DNA of 64,000 nt from Sphyrna mokarran (lineage: Eukaryota), in NCBI GenBank assembly GCA_024679065.1, contig JAGIQG010000013.1, positions 74,276,001 through 74,340,000 on the forward strand, read 5' to 3'. Below, piece by piece: positions 1-13,890 of the stretch (its first letter is position 1; each line of letters starts with the position of its first letter). Position numbers and translations under genes: made by a program. The notes below the pieces were generated by a model that worked only from the letters and a program-made list of their open reading frames with translations, was not told the origin of the DNA and did not search any database.

Positions 1-559
1 AATATATGGACACAGGTATGTTCTACATGAATAAAGAGCAAAATTTTCTCAATGGTGAATCAGAATAGTGTGCTGGAAGCATGCTTTTCCAGCCTCATAA
101 CACAGCTAACTAATTTGTCCCTGGTTTTTTAATCTCTTCCACACTTCATTAGAATCCCCTTAAGGCCTTGATATCTTAACATAAAGGCTTTAAAGGTTAC
201 ATTACTAAGTCTATTGCTTTATTCTTTAAGGTAGCTACAAGGTCATTTCCTGAAGTTGAAAAAAAAAATCGAACTCAATGAAATAATTCTTTTTGCTACC
301 CTGTCTTTCCTAATTTCTCTAAGTTATGCTCCAAAATTTGTATTTTTGCATCAACCTATTTGGAGATAAATACATAACACAATATATATGTAACATGAAA
401 AATTCAAATTCTGGATATTATGTCAAATTAAAACATCATTAGGATAAACTGGATCACATTCACACTAAGGTGGAGATCCTTTGTCAGGAGAGTGATGAAT
501 GCATAGAATTTGCAACACTGGTGAAGGCAAAATCTTTATAAAGATTTGAATTATAACTA

Positions 560-980
560 TCATATAATCCCTACAGTGCAGAAAGAGACCATCTGGCCCA
601 TTGAGTCTGCACTGACTCTCCAAAAGAGCACCCCACCTAGGCCCTCCTCTCTACATCATGCATTTACCATAGCTAATCCATCTAACCTCCATACTTGGAC
701 ACTAAGGAGTAATTTTAGCATTGTCAATCCATCTAAACTGCACATCTTTGGTCTGTGGAAGGAAACCCAGCACGCGGAGGAAACCCAGCACGCGGAGGAA
801 ACCCAGCACGCGGAGGAAACCCAGCACGCGGAGGAAACCCAGCACGCGGAGGAAACCCAGCACGCGGAGGAAACCCAGCACGCGGAGGAAACCCAGCACG
901 CGGAGGAAACCCACTCAGACACAGCGCGAACATGCAGACAGTCAACCCAAAGCCAGAATCAAACCCATGTTCCCGGCATT
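560..980 (-). mobile_element. HE1-like tRNA-derived SINE with internal 18-bp expansion
   Basis: SINE body (ctgcacatctttgg, ggaaaccca..cagacac) and CR1-like tail (ccctacagtgcaga) shared with many copies in this window. Confidence 0.8.
761..913. repeat. Tandem repeat (GGAAACCCAGCACGCGGA) x8.5
   Basis: Eight perfect 18-nt units plus 9 nt, counted directly. Confidence 0.97.
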
Positions 981-1629
981 CAGACTTTCTTGTCCAATGT
1001 AACAGAGGCTGCTTTTCAGCATGTTGATCATATTTATCATTCTCAGGAGCCCAGCAGCCAAACACCCTCAACCAGATATACTTTAAATGTTTCTTATTTA
1101 AAAGCCATTGCCATTAGTTGGAGAGTCATCTCTTTAAAATGATCACACAGAGAGGACAGAGAAGTTTTTTCTAATGCAGCGAATACAGAACACTTTGCCA
1201 CAGAAAATGATTGAACAGAGATCATTGCAGATTGTAGGAAAAAAATTAGAATTAATAGAAGGTGTAGTGAGCAAGTAGTGCAGTAGTATTGGATTGTTCT
1301 AACAATTCGAATTAGAGTATAGCATCTTCTGTGTGGCAGCTTTTGGTTTTCAAGGTAAACTCAGAAATCAGCAATCTTTCAGATTTTGGACTATATAGTT
1401 CAGTATGTAATTCATATTATGTTTTCCAGGCAATGCACTGTTTGCAATGAAGTCAGAAGCATACCTGAAAATATTTAAAACTAAACCACACAGTATAATA
1501 TAACAGCCCTGCCATAGACCTAGAACAAGCAGATGTGCCACAGTATCAAATTTAAGTAGTTCAAATGCTGAACATATTATATGAAACTTGTATTCTAACC
1601 CAGCTATTCATGCCCAGAAGTGGATGTAC

Positions 1630-1749
1630 CTTGTATTTTCCAGGGTTTCTCAAAGCACAAATTAGAGCCCCATGACCACCCATTGAGTGTCCAAAAATGG
1701 ACATCTTCTCAGGATCAACAGAGAAATTGGCATTTATCAGACGAGGCAA
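1630..1749 (-). CDS. ESD: Esterase D coding exon 5 (120 nt) with catalytic GxSxG motif
   Basis: Acceptor ccctcag|TTG; translates [40 protein letters not shown]; donor AAG|gtacat. No further exon seen in 1-1629, so the gene continues left of the window. Confidence 0.97.
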
Positions 1750-2929
1750 CTGAGGGGGGGAGGGAAAAAGAAACAGTAATTAACAAATTTATTTGCATTA
1801 ATTAGCATTAATCAAAATATGGATCATACATGCAAAAACAAAAATATATTTCACAATGGAAAAACTGATACATATAGTCACTCTTATCAAAGAATCTTTT
1901 AATATTTCACTCCTGTTTATATAGAAATATTTAGTTTCCAATCTGCATAAGCATGTAAGTTATTTTTGGAACCCAGTGCAAAGCTTATTTTATAAATTTT
2001 AACGAAGGTATGGTGATAAAGTCTTGAGAAAAATTATAAATTGTACATTAATGGGCAGGAAGAGATACATTCCAAAGCTGCACATTATTGAAATTAAAAA
2101 AAATCACAAAATGCTGGAACTACTCAGCAGATCAATTTGCATCTGCGGAGATTGAAACAAAGTCAATATTTCACGCTGACAATTTTTTGCCAGAATATAA
2201 TTTAGTTCATTAGTTGATTATCCCTTGTTGTTTGGAGACAGAATGCTCACGTGACAGGGCAGTATTATGTGATCAAGTTCTCTAATGATGGCACATGGGA
2301 CTCCCAAGATATTCTACAACTGACACCGACTATAAATGTCAGTATGAAGCAGTCCTCATAAGAACCCATGTGTAATAACACATCTTTGTCACACTGAGAT
2401 ACACTTGCAAGAAAGCTATCAGGCTGAAGTTCACTGTAAAAACTTAGACTAGTGAATAGCATTGAAAGCTAATCTCCTGAAAGTCTACAAACAAATAGAA
2501 GGGAAACTGATTATTTGTTGAAGGGTATCAAGGAACATGGAGCAAAGGCAGTTAAATACAGCTCTGTCGCAGATCAACCATGTAACAGAATAGTAGAAGA
2601 CATCTGAGGGGGTGAATGGAGGCCTATCCCTATGATGCTCATGTTGAATCTTGCGTTAAAATCACTTTGACTGACTGTAGAAAGGTATGCTTCAGCTTGA
2701 AAAACCCTTTCTTTCATCAGAACGTGAGCATTTTGATGCCTGCAGCACATCTAAGAACCCCGAAAAGCTATCCAATATAGTCTTGGCATGTAGCTATGGC
2801 TGGAAGCTTGCTTATGGTTAGCAGCACGCTACTCTTGATTAATCAAACAACTTGGAGGCCCATTCATCCCATTTCAAAATTACACATTGCATTTTCAATT
2901 TTGAAAAATACAGCCAATGATCAGAGTAC

Positions 2930-3054
2930 CTCCTCTGTAATATATGTGTACATCCTGTAGTTTGTCTTCCAAGGTTCCTCTGTGGCATTTATGTAAAACC
3001 CAGCCCCTGTGCCAAAGTCCCAGCTATCGTCCTCACCTTGAATATTGCAGCCAC
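2930..3054 (-). CDS. ESD: Esterase D coding exon 4 (125 nt)
   Basis: Acceptor ttccag|GT; translates (R)[41 protein letters not shown]; donor GAG|gtact. Confidence 0.96.
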
Positions 3055-3261
3055 CTGGAATGACAACACACATCAGTGACCTACAAAGCCACTCAGAACA
3101 TAAAGTGGATTAAATGAATTATAAACACTGCTACTGCCCTCACCTTTGCCAATGTATCAACACAAGAATGATGTATTTTTCTGAACTGTATTGGCAAAGG
3201 AGGTTCACAATATTCAATTGATCATAACTGGCAGAAACTCAAACTTTTTAAGGTCACAATC

Positions 3262-3334
3262 ACTTTTTTTTACTTGAAAGTCTATTATATAAAGCAACTT
3301 TTTTTTACTTGAAAGTCTATTATATAAAGCAACT
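3262..3334. repeat. 35-bp tandem duplication
   Basis: acttttttttacttgaaagtctattatataaagca occurs twice head-to-tail. Confidence 0.9.
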
Positions 3335-3416
3335 CAGTTTACATTTTTTAAGCTACTTGGTGCATGTTCTAATTTTGTGTGAACAAACGGAATCAAGTGG
3401 AATGTTTCGTACTCAC

Positions 3417-3515
3417 GGGGACTGGTGTCTGGAGCCACGATGACAATGCCATGTTCAGCTCCTGCTTGCTGACTTGCTGCTTTGGTTATGAAGTTTTGTT
3501 CTGTGCATGTTAAAC
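3417..3515 (-). CDS. ESD: Esterase D coding exon 3 (99 nt)
   Basis: Acceptor tgtag|GT; translates (G)[32 protein letters not shown](R); donor CCC|gtgagt. Conserved GLTC and PDTSPRG motifs. Confidence 0.96.
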
Positions 3516-6500
3516 CTACACAAAACCCAGAAAGGATTCAGCTCAGAAGGCTGAATTCTCATATTTGTTTGTCTTTCAAAAAAAAAAATAGCTTATTACA
3601 GTTAAAGTATCCTTACAAAATAAGACTCTCTCTATTGCAAGAGCCTAGAGATCTAGGGTTGCAGATACCAGAGATCTTCAAAGGCAAGAGATTGGTTAGA
3701 AAAGACCATTTAAAGGCCAATGGAATTCTGGATTTCTGATGTTAGGTAAGGATATATTCATGTTAAATTCACATAAAACACTAGCTAGATTACAAATGGA
3801 ATATTGCAAATAGTTCTGGGCAATTTATTATAATAACCAGAGAAAAACTGCAGTAAATTAGAATGGTATCTCGAGTGAGACTATAGTTATTAAGAAATTG
3901 GAAATGTTAACTGAAACAGAAATGTTTGAAAGAATCTAAGATCTTTAAAATAATAGAAGATGTTAAGAGAATAAACAGTGTAAGATATCAATTGGCTTCA
4001 TACATTGGTAAGAGGGGGCTGCAGACTGAAGATAGCCAATGAAAGAGTAGAGGAGGAAGATAGACTTCACCTAGAAGATTAGTAGAGGTGTAATGCTTTA
4101 AATATAGATTGCTAAAGCAGAAACCACAGCAGCATTTAAAAGGAACTGGAAAAGATTTTAAAAAATGTAAAAAGGATAGGCAGTAGGAAAATGGATTGAG
4201 GGTAGATAGTTCCAAGACGTGAACAGCTGAAAACAGAGTGGGTGTACTGATCAGATGGCCTCCTGTGGTTTCCATGATGCATGATGTAAAGATGCCGGCG
4301 TTGGATTGGAGTGGTAAGATCTGTGTCGATATGTGCAATCCTCTTGGAGATCCTCTCCACTTGGATCCGGCACTTCCATGATGCAGCCAGGACTTGATTT
4401 CAAAATAGCACAAAGATATTTTCTGATTTTTTGAAAAAGTTTTTTTCATACTGTACTTTAATATTTCTGTAACCTATTTTCAATGCTAAATATTTATCAA
4501 AAGATGTTCTACGTACTGTCTGGCAAAAGAAAAATCTGCACTGTGCACACACAGGTATATTACTTAACCACAAGGCAGCAACAAAGACAGAATGACAGTA
4601 TAATCTTTGGGACTCAGCAATAGATCTAACCAAACTGATGGAAAACTAAAGCAACTGTGGCAAAATTGTGAAAAAAAAATCAGTTGCTATCGGACATGCT
4701 GGTGAGCAAGCATTTTCCAGTGACTGCATTGGATTCTGTGGTATTTGAAACACAAGTGATGTAATGCCATATTGTAAAATACTGCTCAACGTAGTGTTAA
4801 GATCACTTCAAGATTAACATTCATATAAATGGATAAAAATTTTTGCTTCTTAGCTGATTTAAAGGACTCATAATTTAAACAAAGAAGTTTTGAAATGTGG
4901 ATAATATATTTGACTGCCACAAATATCATGATAGAGAAAAGAATGGCATTAGTGTTAAAGCAAAGATTAAAAATTCATTCATAACAACAAGTGACCAGAG
5001 GACATTCAGAATGAAGGGGTAGCTTCAGAGAAAATTCATGACTCTCCCACACTAGATATGCACACAAATGGTTAATAGACAAAGGCAAGTTTTGGGAAGG
5101 ATACTGCATCCCAACATTAACTGTTCCTCCCTGAAGTATTTATGCTAAACACTATCAGATTATGTGTTTTTCTGGTTTTAAGGAACTGACCTTGTTAAAA
5201 ACCATGCTGGCTGGAAGGATGAGTGCAGAATTCTATTCAAGATCCCACACTGTATTTAATAAGCTGTTTTTTAAAAAACATTCAACTGGAAGGATTCTAT
5301 TGGAGTAGTTTACAAAGATATTTTTTGCTCTTTGAGGATATCAGTATTGGGCACTATTACATCCAATGTCTTTAATTAATGTAAATTTGGGCAAAATAAA
5401 AGCAGAAATTCCCCGACTAACTCTCCAAACCCCTGACTGATTGCGCAAATCGGTCCTGCCCTGCTCCCTCCCCATCCTGCCCAATCCCCATCCTGTCACC
5501 GACCTCCATCCTAGCCTGCACCCTGCCCCGCTGCCCAGGCCCAATCTGCCCTCCCATCCTGTCCTGATGAAGTGCTGATTACTAATTAACATTTTGTCAG
5601 AAGGAAATGAGCTTTAGAAATATCAGTAGCAAAATGAAACTTGTAGCAGAATCTATGCTGAGGTAAGGTATCTGATGCCACAAGCTTGACTTGTTAAATG
5701 CGTTCCATACAATCAGAATTTTGCAAAATTAAAACCAAATCAACTCCAATTATGGTCATTCTACAATAGCTTTGTCAGCATATGTGGCACTCTTAAAAAA
5801 CACATTAAATGTAAAACATTTAATAAATATAAAGATGGGAGTTAATGAGTTTTCAAAATGCACACTATCTTCAATATATTATACAGATGCCCATCTAGAT
5901 GCTTACGGTCGATAAATTTGCCAGCTCTTCAATCTAATATTAGCATCGTGACTTAATGTCCCTGAAGCTTAGAACCTATTAAAAACAGGTCAACAATTTA
6001 CATAATAGAACAGAAAATTCTGGAAACACTCAGCAGTTCTTGGCAGCATGTGTGGACAGAGATAGAATTATGTTTCAGATAGACGATCTTTCATCAATCA
6101 ATTCATGCACAAGGTAGTAAAAGATGTCCCAAGTACTCCACAGAGATGTAAGAATTAGATGCCAAGCCAGAGGAGGAGACACTTAGAGGGTTTATCAAAA
6201 AAATTGTTGAACAATGACAGCAGAGTGGGACAGACAGAATCCTCCAGTAAGTGCATAGCGACAATGAATGGCAAAAGTTCACCATGTAATAATATAGAAG
6301 GTCTTGTGGTGCAGTGTAGCATCTCTATCTCTGGACCAGAAGCACTAGATTCAAGTTCATAATGCAGCTCAATAGGCTGATAACCAACGTGGACAATTCT
6401 TCCACTTTTCCCCAAATGGATAGTGTGCATATAGAGTGCGCGAGAGAGAAGATTCACTAAAAAAAACCCTTGTAATATTACAAATCAATAAAAATCAACT

Positions 6501-6984
6501 GTGTGAATGCCACTCCTGAGCTGCAGATTGATTGCTACTAATTAATTGTGTTTCACAATTTGGCATAGGAAAATACTCCCAGGATTCCAACCCTCACCCA
6601 CTGCACGTCCTCACAGTATAGGAGGGATTCATTAGCCCTTTATTGGGTTAGTAGCCAGAGTACCAATTTATCAGAAAAACTGAAGGAAGTGGCATCAAAA
6701 GCATTACCACCCATCAGTCTTTCATTCCACCTCCCTCTTGGGAAGAATGAATTGGAAGACTTACTGTAATTTCAAATTTTCCTCAAACTTTTCTGTATTG
6801 CTTTTAGTATTTTACAATTCTCTATTCACTTACAAAGCTTGTCAATGATATTGCCAAGATTTCACAATGATCTTCAAATGCAGACTTTGCATTCTCACTA
6901 GCATCAAACATGATTTTCTGCCCCTACCTGAGATAAGAAAAGCTCAAAGATTATATCAGAGGATAAAATTCATTTGCTCTTCAA

Positions 6985-7115
6985 ATTGGTTAGCACTGCT
7001 GTCTCACAAGGGATCCAGATTCAATTCCAGCTTTGGGTGACTGTGTGGAGTTTGCATGTCCTCCCTATGTCCACGTGGGATTCCTTTGGGTGTTCCAATT
7101 TCCTCCCAATTGAAG
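6985..7115 (+). mobile_element. HE1-like SINE fragment
   Basis: ggttagcactgctgtctcac...ttcaattccagctttgggtgactgtgtggagtttgca: tRNA-like A/B-box head. Confidence 0.7.
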
Positions 7116-9654
7116 TGTAATTGGATTACTCTTCAAAAGAGCCAAGACAAGTTTGATAGACTGAATGGCTTCCTTCAATGCTGCGTTAGTCCATGTTTCT
7201 GGAATTTTCTCCCGAAATCTGTCTCCTCCTTTATATTGATTCTGAAAACTCATCTTTCTTCCCAAGCATTCAATAGCCCCCTTCCCCCTTAATTTCCATT
7301 TGGATGTTTTCTTTCTCTTGTTCTACAAGTGTAATGAGCCATTGGGTACATGAAGTGCATTAAAGATAAGAAATAAATGTGAATTGTATTCTTACAAAAA
7401 ACACAAAATCCAATAAAGAAAATCAGTCTCACATAATTGCAAACACAGATTTTTTTAATTTTATGCTGGTTTATAGTGCAACTACAATAATGTTTTAGCT
7501 GGCCTTTAGGGCAAAATATAGTGTTTTAAAGCTAATGTCTCTCAAACTGCAGCTGAATCAGCTGTCAGTGTTGTCATAGCTCAAATGAAGGTTTTCAGCC
7601 ACTCACAACTAATTCATTATTGTTTAGAAAGGAAAAACTCAATGTTTTCTGAATGTACTCATTAAGTACTTTGTGTAGCTGCCTTATCACTCACTGCGAA
7701 GGACATTTTTCCTTAGACTGATGGCTATTACTAAGAAGTAATTTTCTGTCAGAATATGTTGGCATAGAAAGAAACTGTTAAAGTCTCAAAGTCAGTCAAT
7801 TATAAACTCTAAAATAAATTCTTTTTTTTTTGAAGTATGAGTCAGTTTAGACTCAGACATACTGACAGGGCACCATTCCAAAGACAGATGTATTTACGTG
7901 AACTCAAGTTAATTCTCAGCATTAGTGAATGATCTCACATGAATGACAACTATGATGTGCTGGATTCTGTAGTCAGTGCCAAAGCAATGGTGCTCATCAT
8001 CTACCAGAAAAGTACCTACAAAAATCCAGCAATTCCTGTGGGGTAGTTTTCCCTTTTCCCAACACCATTTAAATATAATGCCAGATCAAGAGGGTATCTT
8101 GGTGTGCAGCAGCAATGATGTCAGGTAAGCAGTTAGATTAATATTTGCTGTTGGGTGAGTATATTCAAATTCTCAGGTAGCAAAATAAATGATTTGATTA
8201 AGATGGAAACTAATATAAATATTTGTTTTAAATGTAAAATCTTATGAGAAAACTTGACCTTAAATCAATATAAAATTAGCTTTTCAGTCCCAATGAGGGT
8301 GCTCAGCAATACTTTAGTTAGTACATTATTAAAACTCAGTAACATCTTACTCAACAAAGTTTAACTTCATCGAGGTTTATAAAAGCAACACAGGAAGTTC
8401 TGTCGATTCAACTCATTTCCCATTGATTATACTCAACAGCAGAGTCTTTGGAACTGTGTTGAATCAATGGCAGCAACTTCTGGATCTCCAAGTTATTCTC
8501 TGGATGTCAGATTCCAGGGGTTGGCAGTTTCACTGCCGTTTTACTGCAAACTCTGAGCCAATAATTTTTTCACTCAGTTATAATTGGAAATTGGGAGCAA
8601 GATAGTGGAATGGCATGAGAATTTTGGAGCTATTGAACAATATGGAAGCACTTATTACCATCGTGAAGGGTTATCATGCTATTCCATATCAAATGCACTG
8701 CACCAAGATTATAACAAGGTGATGTTAGAATGTCATGTTTTGTAAATTGTTTTACTTTAACTGTCTACTGAATTCCAAGATAGAATTGATAATCAGTATT
8801 TCTATCTAGATACTTGGCCCAGGTGATTCATGTTATCACAGAGAAGGTCTTTGGGAAGGAAGAAGCCCAAAGGAAGCCTTAGTAGAATCAGGTTGCAGGG
8901 CTTTCCCAATATTCAACGAACAGCACTGACAGGTCAGCCTGCAAGAACGAGAGAGCAGACAGAAACAGCAAGTCCCTATTGTTCACCACACAGAATGTGG
9001 TGGGAGCTCATGGTCAAATTTGAGAGACCAAGTTTATGAGGGTTTAAACAAATCTGGAATTTTCCCCAGCTTTAGTTAGAAGGAAGAACCTCCAATTTGT
9101 CCCTCAGCATGAAAGGCAGTTCTAGCATTAAGAGTTATCCGGCTAGGAACAGAAAAGGAAGAAAGCAAGTTCTCAGGAGGTGAAAATAGCTTTGGATTGT
9201 TCATGGAGGATGAAGCACCCATTTCAGAAAAAATATATCTGGAAAAAGGATTTTTGATAATTGTACAAGTTGAATGAGGGATTGTTTTAGGAAAAGTGAC
9301 TGACTGAAATAGTGTTTAAGCAATGTTGTGTTTACTTTGTATGTTATAGAAGAGGCTCAGGAATGGTGAATTGAGGCAGAAATGAATGTCCCTAACCCTC
9401 CTCTGCCTTTCTTGATACCCTGTCCACATCCCATACCTTGGCCTTGCTCTAATAAGAACCCATATCCATCTTTCTAACTTCATCCCTTAGCCAGGCAACA
9501 GGTTGAACCCTGTCAATTTAACAGTAATCACATTGTCTACCACTCTGCAGAATCCTTGCTACCTCAAGAGGTGATGTGTTGTGCCTCAGGAAGTTATATC
9601 AATTTAATAAAGCTTTATTTTTAAGGTAAGCAAAAAATCCCAGACATCAGGTAT

Positions 9655-9842
9655 TAAAGTTACCATAGTACCAGATAACCCCCCCAAGACTTAGTCTATA
9701 ACCTGAGAATCACCACACTTCAGTTGAGGGACAAGGCTGAGAAGATGAGGCTTCATTAATAACCTCAGCCAGTACAGGAATTCAACCTGTGCTGTTAGCA
9801 TCATTCTACATCACTATCCAGCTATCCAGCCAACTGGGCTAA
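9655..9842 (-). mobile_element. tRNA-derived SINE of a second family (related copy at 29415-29600, +)
   Basis: Reverse complement resembles 29415-29600 (agttggctgga...gttcaa...ctggctgag...gtggtgattctcaggtta...actat). Confidence 0.55.
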
Positions 9843-10105
9843 AGTACAAAAGCTTGTCCTATTTTTCCAGCAGCAATCCATACCAGCAGCCTCATTTCAA
9901 AACTATTTCTCTGATGAATCTCCAAATACATGAGTAAGTTACTAGTGAAATACTGAAGGGATATAGAAGTTTCTTTTAAAGATCAATTCACTGGTTCAGT
10001 TACAAATTGTTAAATTTAAACCAAGTCCACAAAGAAAAGACATTTTTAAAACCACATAAAATTATTGTGGACTGTCGGAAGTCTCAGAGAAAGGAAGCAA
10101 ATTAC

Positions 10106-10194
10106 CTGAAAGCCAGTATAACACAGGGCATTTCATACGCTCTGCTTTTGGAGGCAAATAGATTCCAAACCGCATCTTGCATTTTAATTCTGAG
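10106..10194 (-). CDS. ESD: Esterase D coding exon 2 (89 nt)
   Basis: Acceptor tgacag|C; translates (S)[29 protein letters not shown](G); donor CAG|gtaat. Phase matches the previous exon. Confidence 0.96.
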
Positions 10195-11219
10195 CTGTCA
10201 TTCAAAACAAAAATTAAATACTTTTTAAATTTGGTAACACAACCTATCAATGTGAACAATATAAAAACGGCAAATCTACCATTCCTGAACCAGGTTTCTG
10301 ATTCTCATCATAATGTCTGAATAAGCACTGAACTTAGAAAAGTGTTCCACCACAAAGGCAAAAACAAAGCAAATGTCTAGACTGTCCTTACCTACCTTGA
10401 CTGAGTCATGGTCAGAGATGAGCAACAAATTCCCAACTAACCACTCAAGGACATGCTGCACAGAAACTAGGAATGACTAGATGAAGTCCAGGGTATTGGA
10501 GAGGTCCAATGGACTACCCTTTTCAGCCAAAAATTAATGTATGGTTGAAGGAATATTTTTTAATACTTCATAACAAGTAATGATTATTATGTATATTGTA
10601 GAAACGCTTAGTATTATCTTTAGGTCACCTGGTCTCTATCAGTTTGGAATAGTCAATTCACATGCATCATTTCTCATTTAAAAATGATGATTACAGCTTA
10701 TTTCACAGAAGGCTGAAACACTGCAATTCTTGTGTTGTTCAGTGTCCAAAAAAAAAAGTGGTGGTATCCATGGAGTTCGCAAAAGTACTTGAGAATCTTA
10801 AGGGACTAAAATTGGACAAATTTCTGAGACATGATGGTCTACCTCCTAGGATGCTAAAAGAAACACTGAAGAGACTGGTTTCACTCTGATTTTTTAAAAA
10901 TTCCCACTAGATTGAAAGTTAGCAAGTGCAACTCCGCTGTTTAAGAAAGGAGAATGAAAAAACAGGGAACTACAGGCCAGTTATCTTCTTTTGAAGCACT
11001 TTATGACACCTGTCGCTGTTTTTGTTTCAGGAGAGCGTTGTGGATTTGGGATTGTATTTCACTGGGAAGTCTGTGTTACTAAGATGGTCAAGTTCAGTCT
11101 CAGCTGAGCACTACACGCTCAGTATTTATGTTGATTTTGGCCAAGTTAGTGTAATGCTGCAGAAAATTTTGCAGTGGAGGAATCAGTTTCTGTTTCAAAA
11201 TCTATATAAAGACTTCTGA

Positions 11220-12540
11220 ATGAGTCATTCAGCCCTTCAGCTTCAGTTAAATCATTTATCTGTAATTTAATTCCATTTACTTGCCTTTGTTCCACAAATT
11301 TTAATCCCCTTCCTTTAAAAAAAATCCAATTTGCAATTTTCAATGGACCCCCAACCTCACCAGTGTTTTGAGGAAAGGGAGTTGAAAATTTCCATTATCC
11401 TTTCTGTGAAGGAGTGCTTCCGGACATCACCTTGAAAAGCCTAACTCTAGTTTAAGGTTGAGCCTCTTGTTTTAGAATCTAGACTAATCCCCAAACAAAT
11501 AATTACTCTCCTTCTATCCTATCAAATTCTTTAATCATCCTAATCACCTCAGTTAAATCACCTCTTGATCGCCTGTGCTTAAGGAAATATGAGCCAAGTC
11601 TATCCCCTTAATTAACTCTTTTGACTCTGGTATCATGTTGGTGAATTTGTGCTGCACACTCTCCAAAGCCTGAGGTATGTGGCCCATATGTGAACACAAT
11701 GCCTGAGATGCTGTTTAAATAAAACTTTATATAACAATAGCAAAACATTCACACTTCTGTGTTCCAGCCCTCTCTTGAAGTAAGGAAAAGTGGCCATTAA
11801 CTCTATTTTTGTACATGACTACAAGCTATTATTGATTTCTGGATATGGACCCCTAAAGTTACTGGGCAGCAAAGTGGCACAGTGGATAGCACTGCTGTCC
11901 CACAGCACCATGGACCCAGGTTCAATTCCATCCTTGGGTGAATGTCGATATTGAGTTTGCATGTTCTCCATATCTGCGTGGGTTTCCTCCAAGTGCTCTG
12001 GTTTCTCCCATAGTCCAAAGATGTGTGGGTTAGATGGATATACTTGCATTGAAGGCAATACACTGAAGCTTCATTGGATTAGTCCCTGGGTTCAGAGGGT
12101 TGTCCTATGACAAAAGACTGGGTAAATTGGGCTTGTGTACTCTGGTATTTAGAAGAACGAGAGGTGACTTTATCGAAATCTACAAGATTGTAAAGAAGCT
12201 TGATAAGGCAAACACAGAAGTTGTTTCTGCTGGCTGGGGAAATCTAAAACATAGGGACACAGTCTCAGGATAAGGGAATGACCATTTAGGGCTGAGACGA
12301 AGAGAAATTCTTCACCCAAAGGGTTGTAAAACTTCGGAATTCTGTACGGTAGAGGGTTGTGGATGCTTCATCATTGGCTTCTTTAAAGCTGAGATGACGA
12401 TGTTTGGTCTTTCAGGGAATCAAGGGATATGGGGAGCAGATGGGAAAGTGGAATTGAAACCCAAGATCAGTCACAATCACACTGGATGGCATAGCAGGCT
12501 CAATCAGCTGTTTGATCCTCACTCTGGTTCCTTGTATTAA
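11220..12540. mobile_element. Old CR1 LINE 3' fragments (minus 11220-11830, plus 12055-12540) with an HE1-like SINE at 11865-12050 (+)
   Basis: Degenerate CR1 3' motifs (agaggtgactttatcgaaatctacaag, ttcttcacccaaagggttg); SINE head ggcacagtggatagcactgctg. Confidence 0.7.
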
Positions 12541-13449
12541 TATGCCACATGGAGGGCTGAGATTTTAGCTGCATAACAGCATAGTTACAGTTAAATCAAA
12601 TGATTAACAGCCCAGTCAAACTTTGCTGACCATTCATTGTCAACATTCCTTACAGAGGAAGGTGAAATTGCTAAGGTCATTTTCTTAAACAAAGTTTGAG
12701 CCCAGGAGTTATTCTAAAGGTCCTTATTTATACTGCAATGTCATGCACCATTAGAAGTAGTGATGGAGACAGCGATACTGGTCAGAGACAAGACAGCACA
12801 TTAGATTTGTAGCCAAACTAAAATTCTCTCTCCACTGCATGTGTGTCACGTCCATCAATTACTTAACCTGTAAGCAAATGACAAAGACATTGTTCTACAG
12901 CTGATTATAAAAGATTAAAATGGAAGCATTATTTTGCAAGAAATTATTAAAATTACATGGAATATATTTACCATGTTCATTGCTAAGTATGCTGAGCCTG
13001 TAAACTGAGAAACAGAGCTATGTAATAGAAAAGTACAATTTAATCTTGTGGAAGACATTAGATCCTGGAAAATAACTCATTCACAGGGTGTATTTTAAAG
13101 TCCAATGTTTAAATCAAGGTCTATTCGTAAGATAGGGAATTCAGGACAGAACAATGCAGGATTTATAGCTTGCCTGTAGAAAGGAACAAAATAATGGAAA
13201 AAGGAGGAAATATTCTGTTACCTGAAGCCTAAATATTTTAAGTTCAGAGTTATTATGTAGCAGCCATCATTTGCTCCTCCAGGCTGGATAGTTGATGGGA
13301 ATGAAAGGCCATGATTAATCTGTTCCACTGCGTTGAACTGATTCAGCTTGTCAAATTTCTGGTTTCTACAAACAAGGATTGTCTAAACATTTGGGTGTGG
13401 AAATAGACAGAAAAGGCGTATACTGTCTAGATATATTCAAGGTAGTATT

Positions 13450-13890
13450 GAAAACAGAAAATGCTACAGAATCTCAGTGGGTCTGACAGCATCTATGGAG
13501 AGAGACAGAGTTAACGTTGAATCATAGAATCCTCATAGCGCCCATCGACCACAATGCCACCCAGGTCCTATTCCCATAATGTCACATATTTATCCTGCTA
13601 ATCCCTTGACAATAAGTCAATTTTTCATGACCAATCAACTTAACTGCACATCTTTTGACTGTGGGAGAAACTGGAGCACCCAAAGGAAACCCACACAGAT
13701 ACAGGGAGAATGTGCAAACTCTGCAGGTAGTGACAGGAAGCCAGAATTGAACCCAGGTTCCTGGCAACATGAGGCAACAGTGCTAACTACTGTGCTCTGA
13801 TGAAGGGTCATCCAGATGCAAATCTCTGCTGAGATTTTCCAACATTTTCTGTTTTTGTTTCAGACTACAACATCCACACTAATTTATTTT
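13450..13890. mobile_element. Penelope-derived pLTR fragments in opposite orientations flanking an HE1-like SINE (13520-13795, minus)
   Basis: aaaacagaaaatgct...cagcatctatggagagagacagagttaacgt on the left; ctgatgaagggtcatcc...ctgctgagattttccaacattttctgttttt on the right. Confidence 0.6.

Noticed and set aside
761-913. CRISPR-like array
   Set aside because: Units are contiguous with no unique spacers, there are no cas genes, and the context is vertebrate.
546-1142. 198-aa ORF with (ETQHAE)n repeats and five overlapping ORFs, as a novel repeat protein
   Set aside because: Produced by a stop-free 18-bp tandem repeat inside a SINE in an ESD intron. No splice, promoter or homology support.
1-1629. 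Next ESD exon (SVSAFAPICNP...)
   Set aside because: Searched by eye on the minus strand and not found; it probably lies left of the window.
11865-11940. tRNA gene (also the heads at ~6300, 31490 and 63442)
   Set aside because: A/B-box-like heads run straight into SINE bodies, and no complete cloverleaf is evident.
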